A stretch of DNA of 64,000 nt from Chiloscyllium plagiosum (GCF_004010195.1 NC_057718.1:78294935-78358934), one strand, 5' to 3'; positions 12,922 to 25,071 are shown, counted from the stretch's first letter. Notes: generated by a model not told the origin, from the letters alone. Made by a program: numbers and translations.

Positions 12922-14368
12922 AAATTGGAGGGATTCTGAGGGACAGGAATTGCATGTATTTGGAAAGGCAAGGACTGATTAGGGATAGTCAACATGGCTT
13001 AGTGCAGGGGAAGTAGTGTCTCACTAATTTGGTTGAGTTGTTTGAAGAGGAGATTAAGAGAACTAATGATGTCAGAGCAGTAGATGCTTTTGATATGGAC
13101 TTTAGTAAGGCGTTCAGCAAGGTTCATGTTTGGTAGACTATTATCAAGGTTAGACTTCCTGGGATACAGAGAGAACTAGCCATTTGGATACAAAATTGGC
13201 TAGAAGCTGGGAGGCAGAGGGTGATGGCAGAGAGGTACTTTTTGGACTGGAGGCCTGTGACCCAGCAGTGTGCCGCAGGGATTGATCTGGATCCACTGCA
13301 TTTTGTCATTTACAGAGGCACTTTGATGATCCGGCATTCGATTATCTGAATATTGGATTATCTGGTAAGATTACAAGGTCTTGATCCTTGGCTAAACTGT
13401 TATCTGGCATTCTATTAACCCACAAATACCCACTGCCCAAGTTCTTCGGATAATCGAAGTTCCTCTGAATATAAGTTTGGATTTAAATATAGGAGATTTG
13501 GTTAGTAAATTTGCAGATAACAGCAAAACTGATACTGTAGTTGCCAGCGAAGGAGGTTACTTCAGAGTACAGTAAGACATTGATCAGATGGGCTGAGGAG
13601 CGGAGATTGGAGCTTAACTTAGATAAACATGGTGCTATATTTTGGTAGGGCAAATCAGGGCAGGACTTGTATACTTAAGGTCCTGGAGAACGTTGCTGAA
13701 CAAGAGATCATGGAGTGCAGGTTCATAGTTCCTTGATAGTGAAGTCTCAATTAGTTGGGACCATGAAGAAAGCATTTAGCACACTTTCCTCTATTGGTCA
13801 GTGCATTGAGTATAGGAGTTGGGAGGGCATGTTGCGACTGCACAGGACATTGATTAGGCCATTTTTGGAAAAGGTGTTCAATTCTGGTCTCCTGTCAGAA
13901 AGGTGTGAAACTTAAAAGGGTTCAGAAAGGATTTACAGCAATGTTGGCAGGGTTGGAGGGCTTTAGCTATAAGGTCGGGCTTAATACCTGGGGTTGTTAT
14001 CTCTGGAGTGTTGGGGGCTGAGGGATGACCTCTGATTTTAAAAATAAAAAGTTGAGTATGGATAGCATGAATAGTCAAGGTCTTTTCCCCAGGTTAGGGG
14101 AGTCTAAAATGAGGGCATGGGTTTAAGGTAAGAGGGAAAGATTTAAAAGGGACCAGGGGCAGCCTTTTGATGCAGAAGGTGGTGTGGAGTTGCTAGAGGA
14201 AATGATGGAAGCTGATACAATTAAAACATTTGAAAAGGCATCTGGATGGCTATATAAATAGGATGGGCTTAGAGTCAAATGGACCAAATGCTGACTACGT
14301 TAATTTAGGATATCTGGTTGGCATGGACGAATTGGACTGAAGGGTGTGTTTCCATGCTGTACATCTCT
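12922..14368 (+). mobile_element. 5'-truncated CR1 LINE (RT to 3' UTR), disrupted
   Basis: Decayed SQHG..GK..LTNL, MDFSKAF, KFAD motifs; 3' end ggactgaagggtgtgtttccatgctgtacatctct; frameshifts and stops. Confidence 0.9.
13313..13467. mobile_element. Tc1/mariner-pogo (Tigger-like) MITE inserted into CR1
   Basis: Imperfect 21-bp TIRs cagaggcactttgatgatccg / cggataatcgaagttcctctg; left flank TA; CR1 resumes on both sides. Confidence 0.8.
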
Positions 14369-14474
14369 TTTGTTTTAAGTTGATGAGAAATTGCAATGCT
14401 CTAGAGATGGGATATTGCAGAAACAGTGTGTTCTTGAAAAAGTAACCAGTCTAGCAGGCTTGATACACTCTCTA

Positions 14475-14619
14475 GGAGAAAGTGAGAATTGCAGGTGCTG
14501 GAGATCAGAGCTGAAAATGTATTGCTGGAAAAGTGCAGCAGGTCAGGCGGCAACCAAGGAGCAGGAGAATCGATGTTTCGGGCATGAGCCTGAAGAAGGA
14601 TTCCTGAAGAAGGGCTCAT
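14475..14619. mobile_element. Fold-back Penelope-like terminal remnant (family A)
   Basis: ggagaaagtgag...gctggaaaag...tttcgggcatgagcc then inverted cctgaagaagggctcatg; flanking duplication gcttgatacactctcta (14458-14474) / gcttgatacactgtcta (14620-14636). Confidence 0.8.
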
Positions 14620-15619
14620 GCTTGATACACTGTCTAATCTACTTAGCCATCCTCCTCAACTTTTATATTCGATGCTGTTCAATTTGACACTTAGATTTAT
14701 CAACATTTATTTTGTGAAATGCATTTTATTTTTTGTCACTCATTTAAATTGAATGCTGTGCATCTATATATTCATATAGCAACTAAATGCCTCTGCTAAT
14801 GAGTCCATGTGCATAGGAAAATGTGCAGGAGTGTTTCATTCAGTCTCTGGGCCTGCTTGACCATTCTGAATTATCAGTGCAGAAGGAGGCCATTTGGCTC
14901 ACTGAGCACTTTAACTTGGTGTCAATGTCCTGCCTCTTCTGTTTAATTCTACACGTTCATGCATTTCATACCCAAACTACTCAATGTGGAAAATGATTTT
15001 AGCACTTTATATTTGCTTCTGTTGGAAAGTACTTTTAAAAACTGCTGTTTGAGTGGGAACAGTTTCTCCCTATTTACTTCAACCAGATCCCTCATGATTT
15101 TAAAAGTTTCAGTCAAATTTGTTCTTGGCCTCCTCTCCTATGAAAAGAGGCCTAACTTCTCCAATATGCCTTTGTGACTGAAGTTTCTGATACCTGGAAA
15201 CATTCTCCTAAGCCTCTGCACATACTCTACACCTGGATAACTGTTTTGTTCTAATCAGTGTCAACCCCCTTTCCCCAACCCAGTGTTAATGATCATAGTT
15301 AATACTGAAGCTTTATTAACAATTCTGTACCTGTGCCACCTTTAATGACTTACATATGTATGCACCTCTGTTCCAGTACACCCTTCGGAATAGTATCCTT
15401 TGGAATAGGTATCCTTTGGTTGGTACAGTTTTGCCTTGATCTTTGTAACAAATTGCATTACCTCACTTTTCTGCATTTAGCTTCATCTGCCAACTGGATC
15501 AAGGCTGAATTTTTACTTTGCAACAGTTTTTCTACATTATACCATAACTCGATGTATTTAATATTTGTTTTTCCAGCAGTTTAAGCTCTCATTAATTACT
15601 GTTTCTGTCCTTTCAAAAG

Positions 15620-15784
15620 TTGATGGAGGAAAGGGTAAACCAGAATTCGGTGCTGAAGTTGACTGCACATACATTTTTGACTGGGGTACAAAGTATGCCT
15701 GTGTGAAAGAAAAAGAAAACCTGCTGTGTGGTGCTTCTGATGGAAAGAAACGTTATGATCTTTCACCTTTAACCCGATATGAAG
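15620..15784 (+). CDS. IGF2R: IGF2R exon 3 of window, domain 3/4 junction
   Basis: aaag|TT...G|gtaagc; [54 protein letters not shown]; 165 nt. Confidence 0.96.
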
Positions 15785-16107
15785 GTAAGCTTTTTGCTTT
15801 TAGCCATTTTGAAGTTAATATAAAGTAAGCCATACTAAACTTTAGCATTTTGGCTTGTTAAGTGTTTTTCTATTGGCAACTAGGTTTTGCTGTGAATCAT
15901 TTTTTTTAACACAGTAAATTTAAAATTTTTGATTCCTATGTATTAGGCAGTTTGAACTTAATGTTATAAAGCGCCTGCAGAAAACAAAAGTGAAAATAGA
16001 TTATTTTGACCGAAAGCAGAGTCCAATAAATATTCCAAAGTACACTCTTTAGTTTATGGATACTTCCACATTTCCTATTGATGTGGATTTAGAATTGTAC
16101 AGTAGTT

Positions 16108-16424
16108 GGCACGGTGGCTCAGTGGTTAGCACTGCTGCCGCACAGCGCCAGGGACACAGGTTCAATTCTTGCCTCGCGCAACTGTCTGTGTGGAGTTTGC
16201 ACGTTCTCCCAGTGTCTGCAAGGGTTTGCTCTGGTTTCCTCCCACAGTCCAAAGATGTGCAGGTCAGGTGAATTGGCCATGCTAAATTGCCTGTAGTGTT
16301 AAGTGCATTAGTTGGGGTAAATGTGGGGGAATGGGTCTGGGTGGGTTGCTCTTCGGAGGGTCGGTGTGGACTTGTTGGGCTGAAGGGCTTGTTTCCACAC
16401 TGTAGGGAATCTAATCTAATCTAA
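16108..16424 (+). mobile_element. HE1-type tRNA-derived V-SINE, full length
   Basis: ggcacggtggctcagtggttagc (A box), ggttcaattc (B box), conserved central core, CR1-like tail and (aatct)n end. Confidence 0.92.
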
Positions 16425-16616
16425 AAATTTGGTTCTCTCCTTTCTTGTTTTTTGCAACAGATATGGAGTAGTAGAAAATGTATAACATGAAGGGTGTAAT
16501 TTGACCTATTGTGTCTAAGCTAGGTCATGTTTTTTGAAAAAACAAGCGATTCTGCCAAATATCCCTACCTTAAACTATTTCTGTCGCCTTGCAGGTGATG
16601 GCTTCTTAAGTAGATG

Positions 16617-16855
16617 ATGTGGAGGTGCTGGTGTTGGACTGGGTGGACAAAGTTGAAAATTATAATACCAGGTTATAGTCCAACAGGTTTATTTGGAAGT
16701 ACTAGCCTTCAGAGTGTTGCTCCTTCCTGAGGAAACTAGTGGGGCAGGATCATAAGACACAGAATTTTAGCAAAAGATCAGTGTCATGCAATGAAAGTGA
16801 TATATTGAACAAACCTAGATTGCAATATAACCTGGTGTTATGTGATTTTTAATCA
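16617..16855. mobile_element. Penelope-like terminal remnant (family B) with short inverted arm
   Basis: Matches reverse complement of 63420-63615; inverted tataacctggtgttatgtgattttt; flanks taagtagatg (16607) / taaatagatg (16856). Confidence 0.75.
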
Positions 16856-17294
16856 TAAATAGATGTCAAAGTAAGTTTGAAATGTGGACCCATTATACTT
16901 CCTGCCTGTTACACCTCAGGCAGTGAATTCAGGCTTTCAAGCACAATTTTAAAATGTTACTTGCCTTTCTGTCAATTATTTTAAATCTGTGCCTCCACTA
17001 CATTGTCTCGATGTACTCTCACCCCTATAATTTTACATACCTTAATTTAGTCACTCCTCAACCTTCTTTGCTCCATGGAAAATGACCTCCGTTTGTCCAG
17101 TCTTATTGCTAAAATGGTCCAGTCCTGGCAGCATTCTCCTAAATCTCATCTGCATCCTCTCCAGTGCAATCTAAAAGTTTTTCTGCAATGTGACCAAAGC
17201 TATAGATGCTACCCCCATTGCAAATTTCACGATCTGAAGTCAATATAAATCTGAAATTCAAAACTACTACAAAACAATTGTACAATTGTTTTGA

Positions 17295-17405
17295 TTTGTA
17301 AATGCCTATCTGGTTCACTTTAGGGATGTAAATCTGTCGATCTTATCTGGTCTGACCTAATTGTGGTCCCATACCCACAGCAATGTCGTTGCCTACATCC
17401 TGTTA
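17295..17405 (+). mobile_element. SINE fragment, same family as 40545-40872
   Basis: tctggttcactttagggatgtaaatctgtcgatcttatctggtctgaccta...cccacagcaatgt aligns with 40700-40790. Confidence 0.6.
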
Positions 17406-17924
17406 ACAAATCGGAAAAAACTATTGTTCTTCCAGTTAATTCCAATAATTTGCTTTTGAAGTAAAATTCACTGTGCCAAAACTACTTAGATTATCCTATG
17501 TTCCTTTTTCAAAGTTGTCCAGCAAGTCCTTGTTCTGTAGTCTTTTAATGCCACACTGGTCAAATAGGTTTGAAATATATTGAATAGTCTTTGCAATTTC
17601 CTCCCTTCTTGTAACAGCCTGGGGTCAATTTCATTTAGGCCTATTGATTTTATTTTCAATCGTGCAGTATTTTTCCCATTTAATATTTCTGATGCCACCT
17701 TCATTTCATTTGATAATTTGAAATATTTGAATTTTGACGCTTCACTTGAGGTTTGACCTAATCAGTACCCACCTAAAACCAATGTAAATGAGTTGAGAAC
17801 ATTTTTAGATGGTGAACTGCTGTACATGAAACACTCAATTTAAAGCCAACATGCATTGGTGTTTGTATAAATTACTATAACCAACTCTTATCCTAAAAAT
17901 GTTGAAACTTGTATTAATATACAG

Positions 17925-18083
17925 CAAAAGAAGTTCCTGAATCTGACAACACTCACAACTGGGAGGCACTAGATAGCCTGGTAAAATCTGATCGAAGACA
18001 GATCTATATTAATGTATGCCACAAGGTACTTCAAGATGGTGGAGCTGTAGGATGTCCTGAAGATGCAGCTGTTTGTTCTGTTG
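17925..18083 (+). CDS. IGF2R: IGF2R exon 4 of window, domain 4
   Basis: acag|CA...G|gtaagt; KEVPESDNTHNWEALDSLVKSDRRQIYINVCHKVLQDGGAVGCPEDAAVCSV; exon start ambiguous (17925/17931/17934, all in frame). Confidence 0.9.
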
Positions 18084-18905
18084 GTAAGTTCGTAAGACAC
18101 TTGAATAAAAAAAAAAGTACATTTTATTATATAATTTTTGCTCAATAGTGATTGTGGCTTGCATAGAAATGAGTTTCCTATATCTTAGTGTTTTGCATTA
18201 GTGGCTTCCCAAAATAAAAGTAGATATTGGTGCACTTGCCAGTATTAGCTCCGCCACATCATAAAAATGAGAAAAATATTCCAGAAATGAACAATTTAGT
18301 CTCTCTGTGGAGAGGCCAGATTAACTACATGCTTCCGGTATAATGTTTCATGAAATTTTTGACACCAATTGGGAACCTGTTTCTATGTGGCAGTCTCATA
18401 TTTATTTTTTAAGCATGTTGAAAATAAGTCTGCCATAGTTTACAAGAATAAGGTTAGGACAAAGTTATAAAAGAAAACCAAATGCAGAACAATGCTGCAG
18501 TTCAGTAAAGAGCCTATTGAGTAGTCCCATTTTAGTATTCTAATTGAGGTGAATGTGTACTTAATAAACTGTCTTTTATGCATGCAGGTTCAGACTAATC
18601 TGCTTTTCTATAGCATTTTCTATTTGTATCTTGCAGCTCGAGGGGTTTCTTTTCCTAGCTTGAAGAAAAAAATATCCATATTGTACTCTGGACTGGGGTT
18701 TCAAATCGCATTTGAGAAACCTATAGTGGGAAAGATCTTTTTAAAATCTTGCTTTTACTGATATTGAAAAAACTTAATGACAAGGCTAAAAGTTTAAAGA
18801 AAATTTGCCCCACAAGAAGTGACCTGTTGAATTTTGTAGAAACAGCACTGCTAAGGTTTATTTGTTTGAAGATCAAATTATTCCAAAAATTAATTTATCT
18901 CCTAG

Positions 18906-19049
18906 GTGAAAATAGCAAAAAGAACCTTGGAAAATTTGTTTCACCCCCTACAAAGGAAGGCAATAATATTCAACTAGTGTACTCTGATGGTGAGCCATGC
19001 GGAAGAGATGGTCGAAGCAAAACTATTATCACTTTTATATGTAGACCCG
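18906..19049 (+). CDS. IGF2R: IGF2R exon 5 of window, domain 4
   Basis: ctag|GT...G|gtaagt; ENSKKNLGKFVSPPTKEGNNIQLVYSDGEPCGRDGRSKTIITFICRP; 144 nt. Confidence 0.96.
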
Positions 19050-19231
19050 GTAAGTTTGGGTGCGTCTTGTTTGTCTTCAGAAAATGTTGACACACACTCT
19101 TTGCACAATCCTTACCTCATATTTGACAGTGTTTGTGTACGGCAGAGTTTTCCCAATACTTCATGCAAGAAATTTGGGCAATACATTACTTTTTTGATCA
19201 AAGTGAGCCTGTATATTCTAACACTTAAACA

Positions 19232-19412
19232 AGCTGAAAATGTATTGCTGGAAAAGCGCAGCAGGTCAGGCAGCATCCAAGGAGCAGGAGAATAGACGTT
19301 TCGGGCATGAGCCCTTCATCAGCTCCTGCTCCTTGGATGCTGCCTGACCTGCGCTTTTCCAGCAAAACATTTTCAGCTCTGATTGCCAGCATCTGCAGTC
19401 CTCACTTTCTCC
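19232..19412. mobile_element. Fold-back Penelope-like terminal remnant (family A)
   Basis: Near-perfect inverted arms; exact 17-bp duplication ctaacacttaaacaagc at 19218-19234 and 19412-19428. Confidence 0.88.
19295..19322 (-). ncRNA. Minimal hammerhead ribozyme motif (antisense to IGF2R)
   Basis: Minus strand reads CUGAUGA-A-GGGC-UCAU-GCCC-GAAA-C-GUC; intact core, helix I poorly paired. Confidence 0.7.
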
Positions 19413-21049
19413 TAACACTTAAACAAGCCCAGTCTATTGAAAATAATTAGCTGGTCTTCTGTAACATTTCAACAAGTTGATTTCATGAGCGAGACTATTG
19501 TATCATGCCAAATAGAAGCACTGGTCAGTACAGGGGGCAACAATAAAAACAGGTGCCTGAAGTCGAGCAACACTGAAATATGCAAGGATCCAGCCAGGGT
19601 TCAAGATGCATAGTGGGCTCAGCAAATTTTCCCTGGAAATCTCTTAAATATCCTACAAAAATTCAGTGTTGGGACCAAAAGAAAATTGAAGGATCGTTTT
19701 CCCCCCTCTTGCCTTATTATGCAATAAGCGTAGATGAAATCTTTGAACAACTCCTCCAATCTCAGATTTATTTTTCCCATGTTGCTTCTCCAGATTCTCC
19801 AATCATGGGTCCCTTTGCTCCTATTTTAAAATTTTTTGAGTGTCCTTTTTATTTTGCTGGACTGTTCAGTTTTCAGAGACAGCTGTAAGGTTTAGATGTT
19901 CAGAGCCAGGCCTGAAATGTAGGTAAACCCTTGAGCACCTATTTGCAGATGATCAGCTGCAAGTGGTGTTATCTCAGCTGTTTCTGACCAGCTGCAGCAT
20001 TTCCATGATGGTCATTTAAGCAGGGCTCCAACCTTGACACACACCACAGTAGTCCTCGTGCACTATGCACTGTTTAGTGTGTGCAATTGATGGATAACTG
20101 GGAACAACTGCTGTTTGCCTGAACAAGTACCAGATGCTAGAGCGACTGCGTATCGAGGAGCCACTGTGCTCTGCCAATGGAGGTTTGATAGGCAGAGATT
20201 CTGGCCTGTGATAGGTCCATTCCCATTTTCAACTGGGGTGTTTCCTCCTTGGAGTCACTGGCCCTGTCTTGTATCAGTCCATGGTCTCTTTGTCCCCCTG
20301 TACTCTAGTGGGGGGGGGAGGGGGGGGAGAAAGAGAGAGATGATAGTGTACTAACCTGTGGCCTCGTTATTAATTCTGTTTAGTAACTTGGAAGGAATTT
20401 TGACCTCTGTATCCAGCTGTATTTTAATGGAGTGTTTCTGTAAACATGGGTAGCATTTGATAATTGGGAAAGGGTTCCTTTGGTATTGGATGGAAATCTG
20501 GAGACCTCAGCATTAGGGTGGTTCTGTGATTTAGGAAATTGAGATTTCTATCTGGAGGTTTGGGAATGTATAATGTGCTTTACATTCTTGAGGTGCAAAT
20601 TGTTATTTTGGTTCTGCTTTTCAATGAAGTCAACACATGGAGTTAAGATTTGTTAGATTATGGCTATTGTAGAGAAATTACATTTTCAGAGTTTGTGTGG
20701 AACACGGGCAAGCAGGTGAACTGAACTTTAAACTGCCATATTCCCCAATTCCACATGTTTTTACTAGTTAGCTTCCTTCCATTCTACCAACAACACACTC
20801 TCTTGGTATCCTCACCACCAATTCCTATCATCTGTGAACCTGTTGGTATCAGTATTCTGGCAGATCATCTATCTAGTTTGGTAAAAATTCAAACTAAGTG
20901 GGGGAAAGGCATCAAGTAAGGTGATGTGCTAAAGTAAATAGAAACAAAGAAATAGTGCATGACAACAGTTCAGGTAATGAATATGTGCAGTATTTGTCAA
21001 AAGGAAATGAACTATTGGCACAAATAAGTGTAACCTGGTGTGATTTACT

Positions 21050-23330
21050 GAAACCTGATTGAAAGGCAATCACGATTGGAACCTAAATATTCATAGGTAT
21101 TTGACATTGTGAATGACAGGATACTAGAACAAGATAGTAGGGTAGCTGTGTTAGTTAAGAAAGACATTAGTTGGGGGATAGTGTTTGATAGGTTAAGATG
21201 TGGAATCATAAAGCGAGTGAGGAGTAATTTGTAGCCTCCCACCCCAGCCCATCTGGCCCAATAAGAACAATAGTTAGACTGCGGGACAGGAAGAAGTGAG
21301 ACAAGAAATTAACAGTAATTTTGCATGAGTAACCTACACATTGATTTGGAGAACTAGATTGGCAAAGGAAGCCTGCATACTAAGTATTGAAAAAAAGCAA
21401 CTGTGTGGATATTAGTTGCATTGATTTCAAAATTTTCAAACAATAGACTGGCGTGTCTGACATCGGTGGTGGCCAAGTTGTTGGAAGGACTCCTGAGGAA
21501 CAGGATTTACATATATTTGGAAAGGTGAAGATAGATTAGGGATAGTCATCTTGGCTTTGCATGGGGAATCGTATCTGACTAACTTGATTGTTACTTCAAA
21601 AAACTGAGGATTGAGGACAGAGCAGTGGATGCGATCTATATGGACTTCAGTAAGGCAATCAACATGATAGACTGGTTAGCACAGTTAGATCTCATGGAAT
21701 GCGGGGAGATCTAGCTGCTTGGATACAGGACTGGGTGGTGTTGAAGGGTTACTTTACAAATTGGGGGTCTGTAACCAGTGGTGTGCAACAAGGATTGATG
21801 AGTCCACTGCTTTTTGTTCTAACTACCAGAGAGTTTGCACCCTGATAGCCATTGATTCCAGTTTTGCTAGGGACTCTTGATGTCACATTCAGTTGAATGC
21901 AACCTCTGTTAAGGGCTGTCACTCTCTCCTCACCCTGAATTCGGTTCTTTGTACATGTTTGAACCAAGGATGTAATGAGGTCAGGAGCTGAGTGGCCCTG
22001 GTGGAACACACTTGGGTGTCTCTGAGCAGGTGGTACTTGATAGCACTGATGATGACATCTTCCATCACTTTACTGATGATCAACAGCAGATGGTTGGGGT
22101 GGTAATTAGCTGGGTTGGATTTGTCTTTTTATGAACAGTACATATTTGGGCAGTCTTCCACACTGTTAGGTAGATGCCAGTGTTCTAACAGTACTGAAAT
22201 AGCGAGGGGAGTGACACATTCTGGAGTCTTCAGTATTATTGCTGGAATGTTGTTAGGGTCCATAGCCTTTGCAGTATCCAGTGCATCAACAGTTTTGTGA
22301 TATCACGTTGAATAAATTGAATTGGCTAAAGACTGATGTCTGTAATGCTGGGGACCACTGGAGAAGGCCAAGATAGATGATCCCCTCCACACTTCTGAAG
22401 ATTGCTGCGAAAGCTTCAGCCTTATCTTTTGCACTGCTTCTCGACTACTGGCATCTAAAATAATTATTTGGGTGAAGAAACCAAATGTGTCCTCACTAAA
22501 TTTATCAATGACATCAAGATATGTAGGAAACTTAAGTTTGTGAATCGATATCGACAGGTTTTAAGTTGACAATAAATGTGGCAGATGGAAAATTCAGAGC
22601 CTGTCTGTTTAGATGGGGAGAATAGTGAGCTATATGCTAGATGAAAGGAGAGAGATTTTAGGATAGTGATGCAGAAACCTCTTGGTGTCCCAGTATATGA
22701 TTTGCATAAAGTTACTATGCAAGTACAGCCAGTGAGCAGGAAGACAATGGAATGCTGTTTTGCAAGATGAATGAAATACAAATGGGAAATTCTGCTGTAG
22801 CTATACAAAGTGCTGGTGAGACCATATCTGGAGTACTGCATGCAGTTTTGGTCTTGGTTTTTGATAAAAAGATAGTTGAATTAAAACAGTTCAGAAGATT
22901 TACCTGACCCATTCTTGGGGTGACTGGATTAGCTATGAAGAAAAATTGAACAGATTAAGCCTGTACTAGGAGTTCATTACAGTGTAGAAAAATGAGATCT
23001 TGTTGAGACACTATCTTCAGCAAACTGGGTAAGGGGGTACCCATAGTGTTTTTTTTGTGGAGGAAACCAAAGCTACAGCTCAAATTTAACATTTGTCATT
23101 TTTAAAACACTTTTATTTTCTCTCTCAAAGGATAATGTATATGGGATTCTTCCCAGAAGTTAGAGGAGACTGGTTCTTTAAGGTTGAGTTTTTTTTGATG
23201 GACAAGTAATGGGATGCAGACGGAAATGTGGAACTTGAGCCACAACCAGATCAGCTATGTACTTAATGAATGGTACAACAGTCTTGAAGGGCTGAGAGCC
23301 TACACATGGTCATAAGTGCTATGCTCGTTG
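21050..23330 (+). mobile_element. Cluster of decayed CR1 fragments with nested insertions
   Basis: Old CR1 pieces (21050-21445, 22440-23330) with a younger CR1 RT piece (21450-21822, atggacttcagtaaggc) like 12922-13310. Confidence 0.65.
21825..22440 (-). mobile_element. LINE RT fragment, second CR1/L2-group family
   Basis: Minus strand FHQGHSAPDLITSLVQT...ERVTAL, followed in another frame by a decayed AF..V.HQ..LAKLESMG RT motif. Confidence 0.75.
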
Positions 23331-24376
23331 TACCTTCTCTAAAGCATTTGTGAAAATTTCTGGCTGTAAGTTGATGAATTGAAAGTTACCAAGTGGAAGT
23401 CTACAGTTTCTTATTCATGTCTGTAGATTTTGCCAAACAACCTAACCAGCTTCACTGTTAGTACTTTTACTATTTCCAAGTATTTATACAGTTTCCTAAT
23501 GTTCAAAAATTGCCAACAAGATATTAGTCTTAGTTTCTTTGGCAGCATTTAAAATATGATAGGTGTCTGTATTCACCAGTGTTTTTGTTCATGTGGAATT
23601 CCATAATAGACCTCTATACCTCAGCCAGAAGTAAATGAAGTATTCAATGGCAATTATATGAATTTTGCAGTTTTAATGATGGCAAAGATATCAGCATTCA
23701 CTATCATTACGACTGGGCAGTTGACAGCAAATTCTGATCATTTCGACGCAGTTACACGATGAGCTCGGGAGTCATTGTCAGCAATTCCCTGCTACTCAGG
23801 ATGGGCTGTTGAAATCCTCATAAATGAAGTGCTTAGGAATAACTTGCATTGCTGTGAGATTCTAAATGTTCTTGTGAAAAGTCTTGATTCACTAAATTGA
23901 ATGAGATGTAACTGGCTTTGTGGTACTTTAGAATCTTAATTATTAACAACCTCTCTAGTCCTGAAAAAGTAATTATTTGTTTGTAAAATCAAATTTCTTT
24001 GATAAATTCCAAAGGTTTTTAATTTGAATTTGTGGTATTTCATAGGGCACATTAGAGGTTCAGTATACAGACAGCAAGATAAAATATAGTCTGATAATAA
24101 GGATCATAAAGTCATTTTACTTTCTGGTTTGATGTTAAAGAATTCTTCAACATGACTGACTGCTGAGCATACTTAATAAATGGTGTTGGATGCTAGAAAT
24201 CCCCTATAATTTGTGTCAAATATCAATGATTCAAATTTACATCTGATTACTAGGCCTTTACAGGCAGCTTTTTTTGCAGTTAATGGCAAGCTGCTTGACT
24301 GCACCAAAATCCTAGTGTTTTTTGCTGCCTCGAAGTTTTGATTCTCAAATCTTTAGCTTGGGAGTTTTTTTTTTAC

Positions 24377-24541
24377 AGATTACTTAGTGTGGAAACATGC
24401 CCTTCGGCCCAACAACCTGCCGAAGAGCAACCCACCCAGACCCATTCCCCTACATTTACCCCTTCACCTAAGGTGGGAAATGAACCCAGGTCTCTGGCGC
24501 TTTGAGGCCACAGTGCTCACCACTGTGCCACTGTGTCGCCC
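24377..24541 (-). mobile_element. HE1-type SINE with central deletion
   Basis: tRNA head and 3' tail present and fused at ccttcaccta|aggtgggaaatgaaccc; central core missing. Confidence 0.85.
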
Positions 24542-24936
24542 ACATTGGGGGAACAGCTTCCAACTTGATCAACTGTATTCGGGGAATTCAATAAACTGCA
24601 TGCACGTATTATGTAAAATGGCTGGGAATTTACTCCAAATACTCTGAAAGCTTATTTTAAAATGGTAAATTTGAAACCAGGGTTTTGAAGCTTTTCCAGT
24701 TCATGGTGTCATATTTGTATTAATGAATCAAAGGACTTGAAATTATGTATTTGGAATGCTTGGTGTTGGTGGCATAGTTATAAGTAATTAACCTCAATGT
24801 ATGCTACAGCATTAATTGCATAGTACAAAGCAAGTTATTAGTAAAATGGGCATTTCAAAGCAAATTAATACTTGTATTCAAAATGAAAATAGTCTGAATA
24901 AGGTTGCTGCTTCAATAACACATATTTTATCCTTAG

Positions 24937-25071
24937 GGGATCTGGAGAGCCCTCCTATCCTGAAACCTGGGATCAATGAATGTTTGCATGAACTGGAATG
25001 GCGCACAGCTGCTGCTTGTGCTTTATCCAAAACAAATGGTGATGATTGCAGAGTTTCAGATCCAGAGGCCG
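24937..25071 (+). CDS. IGF2R: IGF2R exon 6 of window, domain 4/5 junction
   Basis: ttag|GG...G|gtaagc; DLESPPILKPGINECLHELEWRTAAACALSKTNGDDCRVSDPEA; 135 nt. Confidence 0.96.

Noticed and set aside
15387..15419. Short tandem duplication ggaata(g)gtatccttt x2
   Set aside because: Ordinary slippage within a decayed repeat; no functional signal.
16108..16180. tRNA genes at SINE heads (also 10400, 31250, 39180, 49309)
   Set aside because: A/B boxes are present, but each continues into a SINE body and tail and lacks a complete cloverleaf.
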